NCBI GenBank assembly: GCA_964637625.1
Contig: CAZWWC010000001.1
Coordinates: 1,958-54,554, forward strand
Source of the DNA: an uncultured Planctomycetaceae bacterium
GTDB taxonomy: Bacteria > Planctomycetota > Planctomycetia > Pirellulales > Thermoguttaceae
DNA: 52,597 nt
Reading direction: 5' to 3'
In this document: positions 1 to 8,766 of the stretch, one piece after another
Layout: every line of letters starts with the position of its first letter
Position numbering within the stretch: position 1 is the stretch's first letter
The notes under the pieces: model-generated
Told to the model about the DNA's origin: nothing
Database searches by the model: none
The model's input: the letters and a program-made list of their open reading frames with translations, nothing else
Translations under genes and position numbers: made by a program

Positions 1-28
1 GCTCGGGGCAGGGCAGGGCGGTCCGGCA

Positions 29-1138
29 GTGACCGGCGATCTTGGCTCGCGGATTGCCCCCGAAGCGCGAATCGCCCCCAGCGCGACAATCGGGCCCGGC
101 TGCCGCATCGGACCGGGGGCGATTGTCGAGGGCAACACCGAAATCTGGCGATCTGCCCTGGACGACTGCCACATCGAAGCCGGCAGTATCATTCAGCGAA
201 GCGTGATTCGCGATTCTCGTATCGCCGCCGGCAGCACGATCCGCTCCAGCCGGATGGTCGATTCGCGGATCGGCCACGACAGCACGGCCGAGGCCGCATC
301 GATCGAGCGGTCGCGCCTGGCCGCTCGCGCGACCGTTTCGCCGTTTGCCTCACTCGAAGACGTTCAAACCGATTTCGGCGTAATCCTGGGTGGTCGATGT
401 CGCTCGGCGCGAATCCATACCAACCTGATGTCGATGCACCTGGCCGGCCAGATCGCCCACCTGGAAGCCCTGCCGACAACGGTGGTCCTCGACGGCCGGC
501 CGGTCGACGTGCCGGCGGTGCCGATGATCGGCGGCGGGGCCATTCTGCGCGGCACAGACGAGGCGCCCGTACGCGTCGAATGTTCCTTTATCGGCTCCAA
601 TGCGATTATCGAGGCGGGCGTGCGGCTGGGATTCGGCTGTTTCGTGCTGGGTCGATTGGCCCCGCTCAGTGGGTTGCCGCCGTTGACGGTGGCAACCGAT
701 GAGGATCCCCGGCGGCACCAGATCGGCGGCGTGCTCGGCTCGTTGCCGAGCACGATTATCACGCACTTCCTCGGCTGGGCCTACCAGGCCGTCGAGCCCG
801 AACTGGTGCCGGCGGTGGCTGAGTTGGTCCGACAGTCGATCGAGCGGGGCATCGAGGCGGTCGAGGCCGAGTTGGCCCGACGCAAGAAGGTCTGCCGAGG
901 GTGCCTGGGCCATAGCGAAGCGGTGGCCCAGAACGCCCAAGCGGCAGCTTCCGACAATGTTCTCGCCAGCCTGGCCGACTACACCGAAAAGCAACTCCAC
1001 GCCGGTCTGGCCAACTACCGGCGGTCGCTCGCCTCGGGCGCCTGGGAGTTGGTTTTTCGAGAAGGCCAACTGCGATTCGTCGGCGAAAAGGGGAAATGGC
1101 TGGAGCGTTCCGGCACGGCGCTTTGGATAAATCGCTGA
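29..1138 (+). CDS. Left-handed beta-helix (hexapeptide-repeat) protein of unknown function; possibly 5'-partial
   Basis: The N-terminal ~120 aa are imperfect hexapeptide repeats (IAPEARIAPSATIGPGCRIGPGAIVEGNTEI, SVIRDSRIAAGSTIRSSRMVDSRIG). A second LbH-like block follows (SFIGSNAIIEAGVRLGFGCFVLG). The track start is a GTG at 29, and the frame stays open back to nt 2, so the true start may lie outside the window. Confidence 0.55.
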   Translation: MTGDLGSRIAPEARIAPSATIGPGCRIGPGAIVEGNTEIWRSALDDCHIEAGSIIQRSVIRDSRIAAGSTIRSSRMVDSRIGHDSTAEAASIERSRLAARATVSPFASLEDVQTDFGVILGGRCRSARIHTNLMSMHLAGQIAHLEALPTTVVLDGRPVDVPAVPMIGGGAILRGTDEAPVRVECSFIGSNAIIEAGVRLGFGCFVLGRLAPLSGLPPLTVATDEDPRRHQIGGVLGSLPSTIITHFLGWAYQAVEPELVPAVAELVRQSIERGIEAVEAELARRKKVCRGCLGHSEAVAQNAQAAASDNVLASLADYTEKQLHAGLANYRRSLASGAWELVFREGQLRFVGEKGKWLERSGTALWINR

Positions 1139-1286
1139 CGGCGGCAGCCACCTTGGTGGGATTCTTGACTTGAGTGGGCCATCTGATAAGCTTTCTTCAG
1201 GTTCATTGATGAGGCCCATCGCGCCACACAGCTTCTGGTGGGCGGTGCCCACCCTACGACTTTGAGCGATCAGGAGGAGACCCTCG

Positions 1287-3140
1287 ATGCAAGAACGCGA
1301 GGTTGCCGTCACCGTGGAGCCGTTGGGAAAGACGGTCCACGTCTTGCAGTACACGCGGTTGGTCGAGGCCCTGGCCGAGGCGGGCGTTACGATCGATCAA
1401 CCGTGCGGCGGCGAAGGGACGTGCGGGAAGTGCCGCGTCCGGATGAAGGAGGGCGCGTGCGAGGCGACCCAGGTCGATGCCGAGTGCTTCAGCGCCGAGG
1501 AACTTGGCCAGGGGTGGCGTCTGGCGTGCCAGGCCGTGATTGAAGAGCCCGCCGTGATCGAGGTGCCCGAGACGTCGCTGCTCCCGTCGCAGCAGAACAT
1601 CCTTGTCGAATCGGCCGACGGCGTTTCGGTCGTGGCCGATCCGGCCCTGCAGAAGCGCTACGTCGAGCTGGCACCGCCGACATCCGAGGACGACACGGCC
1701 GACGTGCTGCGTCTGGAGGCCGTCACCGGGCCGCTGGAGGCCGACATCGATACCTTACGGCTGTTGCCCGGCCGGCTTCGCGAGAACCACTTTCGCGGCA
1801 CGGTCGTCACCAGCGACGATGAACTGATCGATTTTGAAGCCGGCAACACCGAGGGCGAGTGTTGCGCCGTGGCCGTCGATCTCGGGACGACCACGCTGGG
1901 CGCCCTGTTGCTGGATTTGCCGTCGGGTGGGCAGCGGGCAGTCACCTCGCGGACCAATCCCCAAACCAGCCTCGGGGACGACGTCCTCTCGCGGATACTC
2001 CATGCCCGGGAACATCCCGAGGGACTCCACGAACTGCACCGCATCATCGTCGAGGCCATCGACGAAATGGTGGGGCAACTGGCCGACGAAGCCGGTATCC
2101 GCCGCGATCGGATTTACAAGCTGACCATCTCGGGCAACACGACGATGCAGCAGTTGTTCTGTCGGATCGACACCCGCAGCCTGGGCGAAATCCCGTTTGT
2201 GCCGGCCGTGGCCCGACAGATTGTGCTGCCGGCCTCGAAGCTCGCCATCCAAATCCACCCGCGAGGACGCGTCTACGTGATGCCCGTCATCGGGGGATTC
2301 GTCGGGGGGGATACGGTCTCGGGCATCGTGGCCACCGGGCTGATCGAGAGCAATGGCCCGACGCTCTTTATCGACATCGGCACCAACGGAGAAATCGTTC
2401 TGTTTGCCGAGGGTCGCCTTGAGGCTGCTTCGTGCGCCGCCGGTCCCGCTTTCGAGGGCGCCCGGATCTCCCAGGGCATGCGAGCCGCGACCGGGGCCAT
2501 CGAAAAAGTGCTCTTCGAGGACCGGCTCCATCTGCACGTGGTGGGCAACGTCGCGCCGGTCGGATTGTGCGGCTCGGCGCTGGTCGATCTGGCCGCCGAG
2601 TTGCTCCGCCACGGCGTGCTCAGTCCCGAAGGACGGCTGCTGGCCCGGGACGAACTCCCGGCGGACGTCCCCGGCGATCTTCGCCGCCGGGTCGTCGCGG
2701 ACGGCAACGGCCTGGCATTCATGCTTGTCGAGGAGTCGAAAACCGCCGTCGAGCGGCCGATTCTGGTCACCTGGCGTGATTTCCGCGAGCTGCAATTGGC
2801 CAACGGGGCGATTCGCGCCGGCGTGGCGATTCTCTTGAAGCGCGCCGGGCTGAAGCCCGAACAGCTGGAGCGCGTGCTCATCGGCGGCGGATTCGGCAAC
2901 TTCATCCGCCGAAGCAACGCCCAGCGGATCGGACTGCTGCCGACGAGCATCCCCCGAAAGCGCATTCGCTTCCAGGGCAACACGTCCCTGGCCGGGGCTC
3001 GCCTGGCCGCGCTGTCGCGGACCGCCCGAGCCCAGGCCGAACAACTCGCCCGGCAAACCGAACACGTCGATCTCTCAAGCGACCCCGATTTCCAGGACAT
3101 TTTCGCCGAGGCGATGATCTTCCCGGCGGAACAGAGCTGA
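1287..3140 (+). CDS. 2Fe-2S ferredoxin domain fused to an ASKHA/DUF4445 ATPase domain (RACo-like corrinoid-activation family protein)
   Basis: ATG follows the AGGAGGAG Shine-Dalgarno at 1272-1279. N-terminal plant-type ferredoxin cysteines are present (CGGEGTCGKCRV ... LACQ). The following region has actin/sugar-kinase-like phosphate motifs (AVDLGTTTL, FIDIGTNGE, GGGFGNF). The architecture matches the reductive activator of corrinoid proteins family as I recall it. Confidence 0.75.
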   Translation: MQEREVAVTVEPLGKTVHVLQYTRLVEALAEAGVTIDQPCGGEGTCGKCRVRMKEGACEATQVDAECFSAEELGQGWRLACQAVIEEPAVIEVPETSLLPSQQNILVESADGVSVVADPALQKRYVELAPPTSEDDTADVLRLEAVTGPLEADIDTLRLLPGRLRENHFRGTVVTSDDELIDFEAGNTEGECCAVAVDLGTTTLGALLLDLPSGGQRAVTSRTNPQTSLGDDVLSRILHAREHPEGLHELHRIIVEAIDEMVGQLADEAGIRRDRIYKLTISGNTTMQQLFCRIDTRSLGEIPFVPAVARQIVLPASKLAIQIHPRGRVYVMPVIGGFVGGDTVSGIVATGLIESNGPTLFIDIGTNGEIVLFAEGRLEAASCAAGPAFEGARISQGMRAATGAIEKVLFEDRLHLHVVGNVAPVGLCGSALVDLAAELLRHGVLSPEGRLLARDELPADVPGDLRRRVVADGNGLAFMLVEESKTAVERPILVTWRDFRELQLANGAIRAGVAILLKRAGLKPEQLERVLIGGGFGNFIRRSNAQRIGLLPTSIPRKRIRFQGNTSLAGARLAALSRTARAQAEQLARQTEHVDLSSDPDFQDIFAEAMIFPAEQS

Positions 3141-3157
3141 AGAACAAAACGTAATGA

Positions 3158-3300
3158 AGTCTCAGTAGTTCCAAGTTTGGCTGGCTGACACCTCAGCAGG
3201 TCATCCTGAGCGTAGCGAAGGATCTCGATGGCCAAGGAGATTCTCCGCTGCGCTCAGAATGACAATGCCGGATCTCAATAGAACTTGGAACTACTGAGTC
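3158..3300. repeat. Nested-palindrome MITE-like repeat, copy A (subfamily 1)
   Basis: Outer arms are ctcagtagttccaagtt (3161-3177) and aacttggaactactgag (3282-3298). Inner 27-nt arms are gtcatcctgagcgtagcgaaggatctc (3200-3226) and gagattctccgctgcgctcagaatgac (3237-3263). Its reverse complement aligns end to end with copy D at 46301-46438. Confidence 0.85.
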
Positions 3301-3341
3301 TCTAACCCGTCTTTCTTCTTCCCGTCCCATGGAGGCAGAAG

Positions 3342-4271
3342 ATGATTGCTCTCCTTCGGGTCCAAAGAGGTCTGGCGTTCTCGTCCGCGTTGCTCGCCAT
3401 GGCCTGGGCAACGTCCGCGTTCGCTGCTGACGACGTCTGGCGACTGCCCAAGGGCCAGGACATGTTTTTCCGCCTGGCCAACTTAACGCAGAACTCTTAC
3501 ATTCGTTTCCAGAAAAACGGTGCCTATCGCAGGTTCGTTCGTGGACATCTGCATGTCAAGGAGTCGGACCATGGTACGTGGACGCAGGGAAAGGACGGAG
3601 TGATCACCATCCGATCGAAAGAACGTGTGAAACCGTTGCGTTGCGGAGTGCTGACGGTCGATCCGGGCGATTGGGAAATGCTTCATTCGTATTGGTCGTT
3701 GGGTGACGACATTGCCAAAACTTTGAAGAAAGACAAACGAACGATATACAGTGTTGAGGAGGTAAAGAAGCTTTGGCGTTATCCGGCACCTCGCGCTCCG
3801 GAAGCTTTGCTTTCGCCGATCAAGGTTGCAAGAGAGACGAAGACGGTTAGTCGAAAGGAGTTGATGGATTTGTCTCGAAAGTGGCCACAGTATCTCAACC
3901 GCGACATCCGTGAGGTCCGACACATCACGCCTTTGGTGCATAAGGAGATTCGAGTCTTGGTTTGGCACGAGACACCGTCGTTTCTCGCGTTGAAACAAAA
4001 ACTCGATCGGTCGAAGGAGCCGCTGCGGTGGTCACACTTCGAGCGATACTCGGATTCCCTGGAGGAGCGACTGCGGTGGTCACGTAAGGCACTGCGAGAC
4101 GAGGGTGAAGGCAACCCGTCGTCGGTGCAGTTCTACCGAGCAATTAGTGCCGAGCAATTCAAGGAGGACGTGCCCACGACACAGCCGTTTCGGTTCTTTC
4201 CAGGGGTCAAAATCATTCCGTCCGATAGGGAAACAGACCCGCGCTCGGGTGGCACGCCCGGAACGGAGTGA
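3342..4271 (+). CDS. Hypothetical secreted protein (no recognisable domain)
   Basis: ATG follows a GGAGGCAG SD. The signal-peptide-like N-terminus is MIALLRVQRGLAFSSALLAMAWATSAFA/ADD. The body is Lys/Arg/Glu-rich. By eye the region is AT-richer than the flanking genes. Confidence 0.5.
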   Translation: MIALLRVQRGLAFSSALLAMAWATSAFAADDVWRLPKGQDMFFRLANLTQNSYIRFQKNGAYRRFVRGHLHVKESDHGTWTQGKDGVITIRSKERVKPLRCGVLTVDPGDWEMLHSYWSLGDDIAKTLKKDKRTIYSVEEVKKLWRYPAPRAPEALLSPIKVARETKTVSRKELMDLSRKWPQYLNRDIREVRHITPLVHKEIRVLVWHETPSFLALKQKLDRSKEPLRWSHFERYSDSLEERLRWSRKALRDEGEGNPSSVQFYRAISAEQFKEDVPTTQPFRFFPGVKIIPSDRETDPRSGGTPGTE

Positions 4272-4323
4272 TGGAAATCGAGATGGGCCCCGGGCGAGCG
4301 AATAGAAACCGGTCCCGGCTCGC

Positions 4324-4352
4324 TGGACACGGTGCGTGCAATATGCTACAAT
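4324..4352 (+). promoter_or_regulatory. Candidate sigma70-type promoter with an extended -10 upstream of the PEP-CTERM protease gene
   Basis: TGGACA (4324-4329), a 17-nt spacer, then TACAAT (4347-4352) preceded by TG at 4344-4345 (TGnTACAAT). It lies about 260 nt upstream of the ATG at 4612. This is a consensus match only, with no expression data. Confidence 0.3.
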
Positions 4353-4611
4353 GCCGGCCGTTATGAGCCTGGGTGGGCTTCGGGCTCAACTCACATGGGA
4401 GATGTGGGCTCACACGGTTTTGTCGGCCACAGTCGACGCCTGTCTTTGGGCTCTGGGCACGCGCCACGGACAGCGCTGTGCCACCACCGGCTCGTGCGGT
4501 TCTTCACGGGTGGTTCTCGGCTCCATCAGGCACCGCCTGAGCGGCAAAGCGTTTGTGCTTTCGTAATGAAGAAGGGGCGTTCCTGACACTTCTCGTGCGA
4601 AGGAGCTTGGT

Positions 4612-6366
4612 ATGAGACGATTGCTGGGAGTGCTTTGGGCTGTTGTGGTTTTGGCGTGCGTCTTGCCCGCCGGCGCGCAGACGATTTATGGGGATTTCGA
4701 CTGGCGACAGAACGACGGCAACTACGTCACGCCCATCCGCAACCAAGGCGGGTGTGGGTCGTGCTGGGCCTTCGGCGCCACGGCCGCGCTGGAATCGAGG
4801 TTCCTGATCAACGCCGACACCCCCGGCGTGAACCTCAACCTCTCGGAGCAACACCTCCTTTGCGACGGCAGCTGCGGCAGCTGCAACGGCGGTTACGAAT
4901 TCCAGGCCCTCGAATTCTTCGTTAGCGACGGCATCACCGACGAAGCCACGTTGCCTTACCGGGGGAAGGATACGTCGCCGCTCTGGCCGCTCGACCCGCC
5001 GTACACGCTCTACAAGACGACCTCGGTCGACGCTTACATTGCGGGTGGCGGCTCAAAGTATTGGATCCAATGGTGGTTGCGGCGCACGGGCCCGTTGGTC
5101 ACTTACATGAACACGGACGATTGGTTCACCCCCCCAGCCAGCGCCGGCGGCGAGGGGACCGGCAGCGAGATGGATTCCTCGATTCCCGACTGCTACCAGA
5201 CCGATTGTGGCTGTGACCAGACCGATTACGACAGGTTTGGGCCCGTCACCGGCGGAGGCCACGCCGTTGCCATCGTCGGCTACAAGGACGATTCGAGCGT
5301 GGACGGGGGTGGCTACTGGATCTGCAAGAATAGCTGGGGTAGTAGGTGGTGTGACGCGGGCTTCGGATTCATTAGGTACGGCGACGTCGAGAAATGGAAC
5401 CGCGTCCACGCGGTTACCGGCGCTACGTACACGGAGCTGGTCGAACCGTCCAATTGGCCCCCGGTCGCGGTGGATGACGACTACAGCGGCGACGAAGACG
5501 CGTCGTTCTTGATCTATGCGCACGAAGGTGTTCTCGCCAACGATAGTGACGTGGAGACTCCCCACGAGGACCTGACCACCTTTCAAGTCACCGACCCGGT
5601 ACACGGCACGATCGCGTTGAACGCCAACGGGTCGTTCAGCTACGTCCCGGACGACAATTACCACGGCACCGACGCCTTCACCTACATGGCTTACGACGGT
5701 GGATTGTATTCCGACCCGGCCACGGTCACTCTGAACATCGCCTCGATTAACGACGTACCGGTCGCGGCGGACGATTCCTATTCCACGGACCAGAATAGTA
5801 CCCTCTTCGTCTACGTCCATAACGGGGTGCTGGCCAACGACACCGACCCCGACAACGAGGACGACGACCCTGAAGAGACCGACACGCTTACGGCTCTTCT
5901 GGAATCCGAGCCGGCGCACGGCACCCTCGGCACGCTGAACCCCGCGGGTTGGTTCACCTACACGCCGGATAGTGACTTTTACGGTACGGACAGCTTCACC
6001 TACGAAGTATTCGACGGCGCGGCCTATTCGAACCTGGCCACCGTGCTGATCGACGTGCTTACCACGATGCAGATTCCCGGCGACGCGACGGGCGATGGCA
6101 TGGTCGACGCCGAGGATGCCGAGCGACTGGCGTCGAACTGGGGGCAAAGCGGCGCAACATGGAGGATGGGCGACTTCAACGGCGACGGGATCGTCGGCCC
6201 CGCCGACGCGATCATCCTGGCCGCCAACTGGGGCTACGGCGTAGGCGAGGCAGCGTCCGTGCCCGAGCCGTCGACCTCAGCGTTGCTGCTGGCCTTGCTG
6301 CTCGCATGGTCCGTGCGTCGGCGTCTGCTCCACCCTGGGACCGAAATGCGGACAATGCAACCGTAA
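4612..6366 (+). CDS. Secreted papain-like (C1 family) cysteine peptidase with two cadherin-like repeats, a dockerin-like module and a PEP-CTERM sorting signal
   Basis: ATG follows an AAGGAGC SD, with signal peptide MRRLLGVLWAVVVLACVLPAGAQ. Catalytic motifs are NQGGCGSCWAF (Cys), GGHAVAIVGY (His) and KNSWGS (Asn). Two ~95-aa repeats each carry VA.DD.YS...GVLAND.D and HGT....G.F.Y.PD..Y.GTD.FTY. Dockerin-like pairs are GDATGDGMVDAEDA and GDFNGDGIVGPADA. The C-terminus reads VPEPSTSALLLALLLAWSVRRR. Confidence 0.85.
   Translation: MRRLLGVLWAVVVLACVLPAGAQTIYGDFDWRQNDGNYVTPIRNQGGCGSCWAFGATAALESRFLINADTPGVNLNLSEQHLLCDGSCGSCNGGYEFQALEFFVSDGITDEATLPYRGKDTSPLWPLDPPYTLYKTTSVDAYIAGGGSKYWIQWWLRRTGPLVTYMNTDDWFTPPASAGGEGTGSEMDSSIPDCYQTDCGCDQTDYDRFGPVTGGGHAVAIVGYKDDSSVDGGGYWICKNSWGSRWCDAGFGFIRYGDVEKWNRVHAVTGATYTELVEPSNWPPVAVDDDYSGDEDASFLIYAHEGVLANDSDVETPHEDLTTFQVTDPVHGTIALNANGSFSYVPDDNYHGTDAFTYMAYDGGLYSDPATVTLNIASINDVPVAADDSYSTDQNSTLFVYVHNGVLANDTDPDNEDDDPEETDTLTALLESEPAHGTLGTLNPAGWFTYTPDSDFYGTDSFTYEVFDGAAYSNLATVLIDVLTTMQIPGDATGDGMVDAEDAERLASNWGQSGATWRMGDFNGDGIVGPADAIILAANWGYGVGEAASVPEPSTSALLLALLLAWSVRRRLLHPGTEMRTMQP
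6259..6324 (+). other. PEP-CTERM sorting signal (predicted exosortase recognition tail) of the protease
   Basis: VPEPS motif, a hydrophobic span TSALLLALLLAWSV and a basic cluster RRR. Thirteen further residues (LLHPGTEMRTMQP) follow the basic cluster. Confidence 0.8.
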
Positions 6367-6544
6367 AAGAGGTCCGATCTATTCCTGCTGGGCGGCAACG
6401 TTCGACCGGCTGTCGTGGCCACCGAGGCGTTCGCAGCTTCACGAGCAGCAATACGCGGGAGCCGGATTCTCCGATCCCTGCTCGGAAGAACCATGCAATA
6501 GCAATGTCAGTGCAAACACCGGTAAGAGCGCGAGGAGAACATCC

Positions 6545-8521
6545 ATGAGTATGAACCGATTGGTCGTCATTGTCTCTTGTGTTCTCTTGGCCACGATCGC
6601 CGTAGGCCACTCGGTGGCGGCGAAAGAGGTGGTGGTCGTCACTATTCATACCGAGCAGAAGAACGCGAGCATCAACCCTTTCATTTATGGCCAGTTCATC
6701 GAACACCTTGGCCGCTGCGTCTACGGTGGCATCTGGGCCGAGATGCTCGAAGACCGCAAGTTCTTCTTTCCGATCACCAAGGATTACGCCCCTTACACGA
6801 GCCTGACCGATACACGCTTGCCCGTCGTGGGAGCTTCGCCTTGGGAAATCCTGGGTGACCCGGCGGGTGTCAGTATGGCAAAGGGAGGATCTTTCGTCGG
6901 GGAGCATACGCCGCGGATCGCGCCGGGCGGCGGCATCCGGCACCGAGACCTCGGTGTCGTGCAAGGCAAACAGTACACCGGACACATCTGGCTCAAAGCG
7001 GTCGGCGGCAGGGCGGGCCCCGTCGAGGTGACCCTGGTCTGGGGTGACGGCGATGCCCAGCGGCAAACCCATGCGATCCAGACCGTGACGGCCGAGTATC
7101 AGAAGTATCCCTTCCGATTCACGGCCGGGACCGGCACCGACGCCGCGATGCTCGAGATCCGTGTGACGGGAAAGCAAGCCATGCTGGTCGGTACCGTCTC
7201 ACTCATGCCCGCCGACCACGCTGGCGGGATGCGACGTGACACGCTCGCCCTTCTAAGACAACTCGGCGCCTCCATGTACCGCTGGCCGGGAGGCAATTTC
7301 GTAAGCGGATACGACTGGCGAGACGGCACGGGCCCACGAGATCGACGACCGCCACGACGGAATCCCGCGTGGAGCGGCGTCGAACACAATGATTTTGGCC
7401 TGGACGAATTCCTCGACTTCTGCCGCCGACTGCGGGCCGAGCCGCTGATCACCGTCAACACCGGGTTCGGCGACGCGTACTCGGCGGCCCAGGAGGTGGA
7501 ATACTGCAACGCCTCAACCGAAACGATCGGCGGCTCGTGGCGGGCCAAGCACGGCCACCCGGAACCCTATTGCGTTCGCTACTGGTGCGTCGGCAACGAG
7601 ATGCACGGGTCCTGGCAGTTGGGATTCATGCAACTGCGACACTACACCCGGAAACACAACCGCGTGGCCCGGGCAATGCGCAACGTCGATCCCACGATCC
7701 GGTTGATCGGCGTCGGGTGCCTCAACCACAAGAACTCCAAGTACGATCCCAAGGAAAAACGCGGCTGGTCGCGCGGCATGCTCGAGGAATGCTCCGATAC
7801 GATGGACTACGTCTCCGAGCATTTCTACATCTACGAGACGAAGACCGACACGACGGCACACGTGGCGCAAATGGTCAATGCGATCCGCGCGAGAGCCGAA
7901 GGGCATCGCAAGTTGCAGGCGGGACTGCCGAAGCTCCATGGACGCACGATTCCAATCACGATAGACGAATGGAATTACTGGTATCAACCTTACCAGTACG
8001 GCGAACTCGGCTGCGTCTATCGCTTGCGAGACGCCCTGGGTGTGGCTGCGGGTCTGCACGAGTGCTTTCGTAACAGCGACATCATCCAAATGGCCCACTA
8101 CGCCCAGACGGTGAACGTCATCGGTTGCATCAAGACGACCAAAACCGACGCCATTTTTTCCACCACGGCGCTGCCCCTGATGCTGTACCGTCGGCATTTC
8201 GGCGTCACGCCGGTCACCATCTCGGGCAGCGCGGAAACGACGGCGTTGGACATTGCCGCCGCTCTGACCGCCGATGGTCGCGCACTGACGATCGGTGCAG
8301 TCAATCCGAGTGGCAAGCAGAAAGTGGTGCACCTCGAAATCAAGGGAGCAGAGCCCGAAAACCATGCCCGACTCTGGCGAATCGCCGGAGACGATCCGGC
8401 CGCATTCAATTCGCCGGAGAAACAGCCGATCACGATCGACGGCCCACACAACGTTGCGTTCGAGGGGACGGTGAAGCTCCCGCCGCAGAGCGTCAGTCTC
8501 TATCGCTTGCCGCTGAAGTAG
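6545..8521 (+). CDS. Secreted GH51-type alpha-L-arabinofuranosidase
   Basis: AGGAG SD sits 7 nt upstream of the ATG, with signal peptide MSMNRLVVIVSCVLLATIAVGHSVAA. GH51-like blocks are INPFIYGQFIEHLGRCVYGGIW, YRWPGGNFVSGYDWRDGTGP, NDFGLDEFLDFC, AQEVEYCN and YWCVGNEMHGSWQLG (the GNE acid/base motif). Confidence 0.8.
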   Translation: MSMNRLVVIVSCVLLATIAVGHSVAAKEVVVVTIHTEQKNASINPFIYGQFIEHLGRCVYGGIWAEMLEDRKFFFPITKDYAPYTSLTDTRLPVVGASPWEILGDPAGVSMAKGGSFVGEHTPRIAPGGGIRHRDLGVVQGKQYTGHIWLKAVGGRAGPVEVTLVWGDGDAQRQTHAIQTVTAEYQKYPFRFTAGTGTDAAMLEIRVTGKQAMLVGTVSLMPADHAGGMRRDTLALLRQLGASMYRWPGGNFVSGYDWRDGTGPRDRRPPRRNPAWSGVEHNDFGLDEFLDFCRRLRAEPLITVNTGFGDAYSAAQEVEYCNASTETIGGSWRAKHGHPEPYCVRYWCVGNEMHGSWQLGFMQLRHYTRKHNRVARAMRNVDPTIRLIGVGCLNHKNSKYDPKEKRGWSRGMLEECSDTMDYVSEHFYIYETKTDTTAHVAQMVNAIRARAEGHRKLQAGLPKLHGRTIPITIDEWNYWYQPYQYGELGCVYRLRDALGVAAGLHECFRNSDIIQMAHYAQTVNVIGCIKTTKTDAIFSTTALPLMLYRRHFGVTPVTISGSAETTALDIAAALTADGRALTIGAVNPSGKQKVVHLEIKGAEPENHARLWRIAGDDPAAFNSPEKQPITIDGPHNVAFEGTVKLPPQSVSLYRLPLK

Positions 8522-8766
8522 GATTTGGATTTGGTCTGGATTTGGGCTCGCCCATCACCGCCACTTTGTCAAGAGCTGATTTCCCCAATAATCTAGACAA
8601 AGAGAGCCACGCCTGTTTCTCGGCCGGGTTTTCGATTAGACTAATGGTCTGTCAATCGGTTGATGGGTCGCGTGCCAATAGCGGCCGCAGGGCCGCTGCG
8701 GGGCCCAGGGGCAGGCAATCTGCCCATGGCATCCGACATTTTCACCATCACACCAAGGCTGGGGGA

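Noticed and set aside
350-3065. Long minus-strand ORFs (350-1354, 1755-3065, 2273-3235), with similar ones at 5053-6147, 6212-7177, 7514-8449, 38368-39564, 40742-41881 and 42240-43226.
   Set aside because: All lie antisense to + strand genes with strong family motifs. Their translations are low-complexity Arg/Pro/Gly-rich, as expected from stop-poor frames in GC-rich DNA.
3193-3411. Short ORFs reading through the repeat copies (3193-3411 minus, 35216-35410 plus, 35304-35585 plus, 46060-46371 minus, 46302-46613 minus). They give peptides such as HSERSEES, LRMT and ILRYAQDD.
   Set aside because: The same peptide strings arise on both strands purely from the palindromic repeat core. None has an SD or start context, and the reading frame is not conserved between copies.
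8522-8548. A short run of three GGATTTGG motifs just after the GH51 stop codon.
   Set aside because: There are only three imperfectly spaced copies, with no partner elsewhere in the window and no associated structure.
8125-8766. The 5' extension of the long ORF 8125-10581.
   Set aside because: It overlaps the 3' end of the GH51 gene in another frame and encodes Arg/His/Gly-rich sequence. An in-frame ATG at 8767 starts a proper signal peptide.
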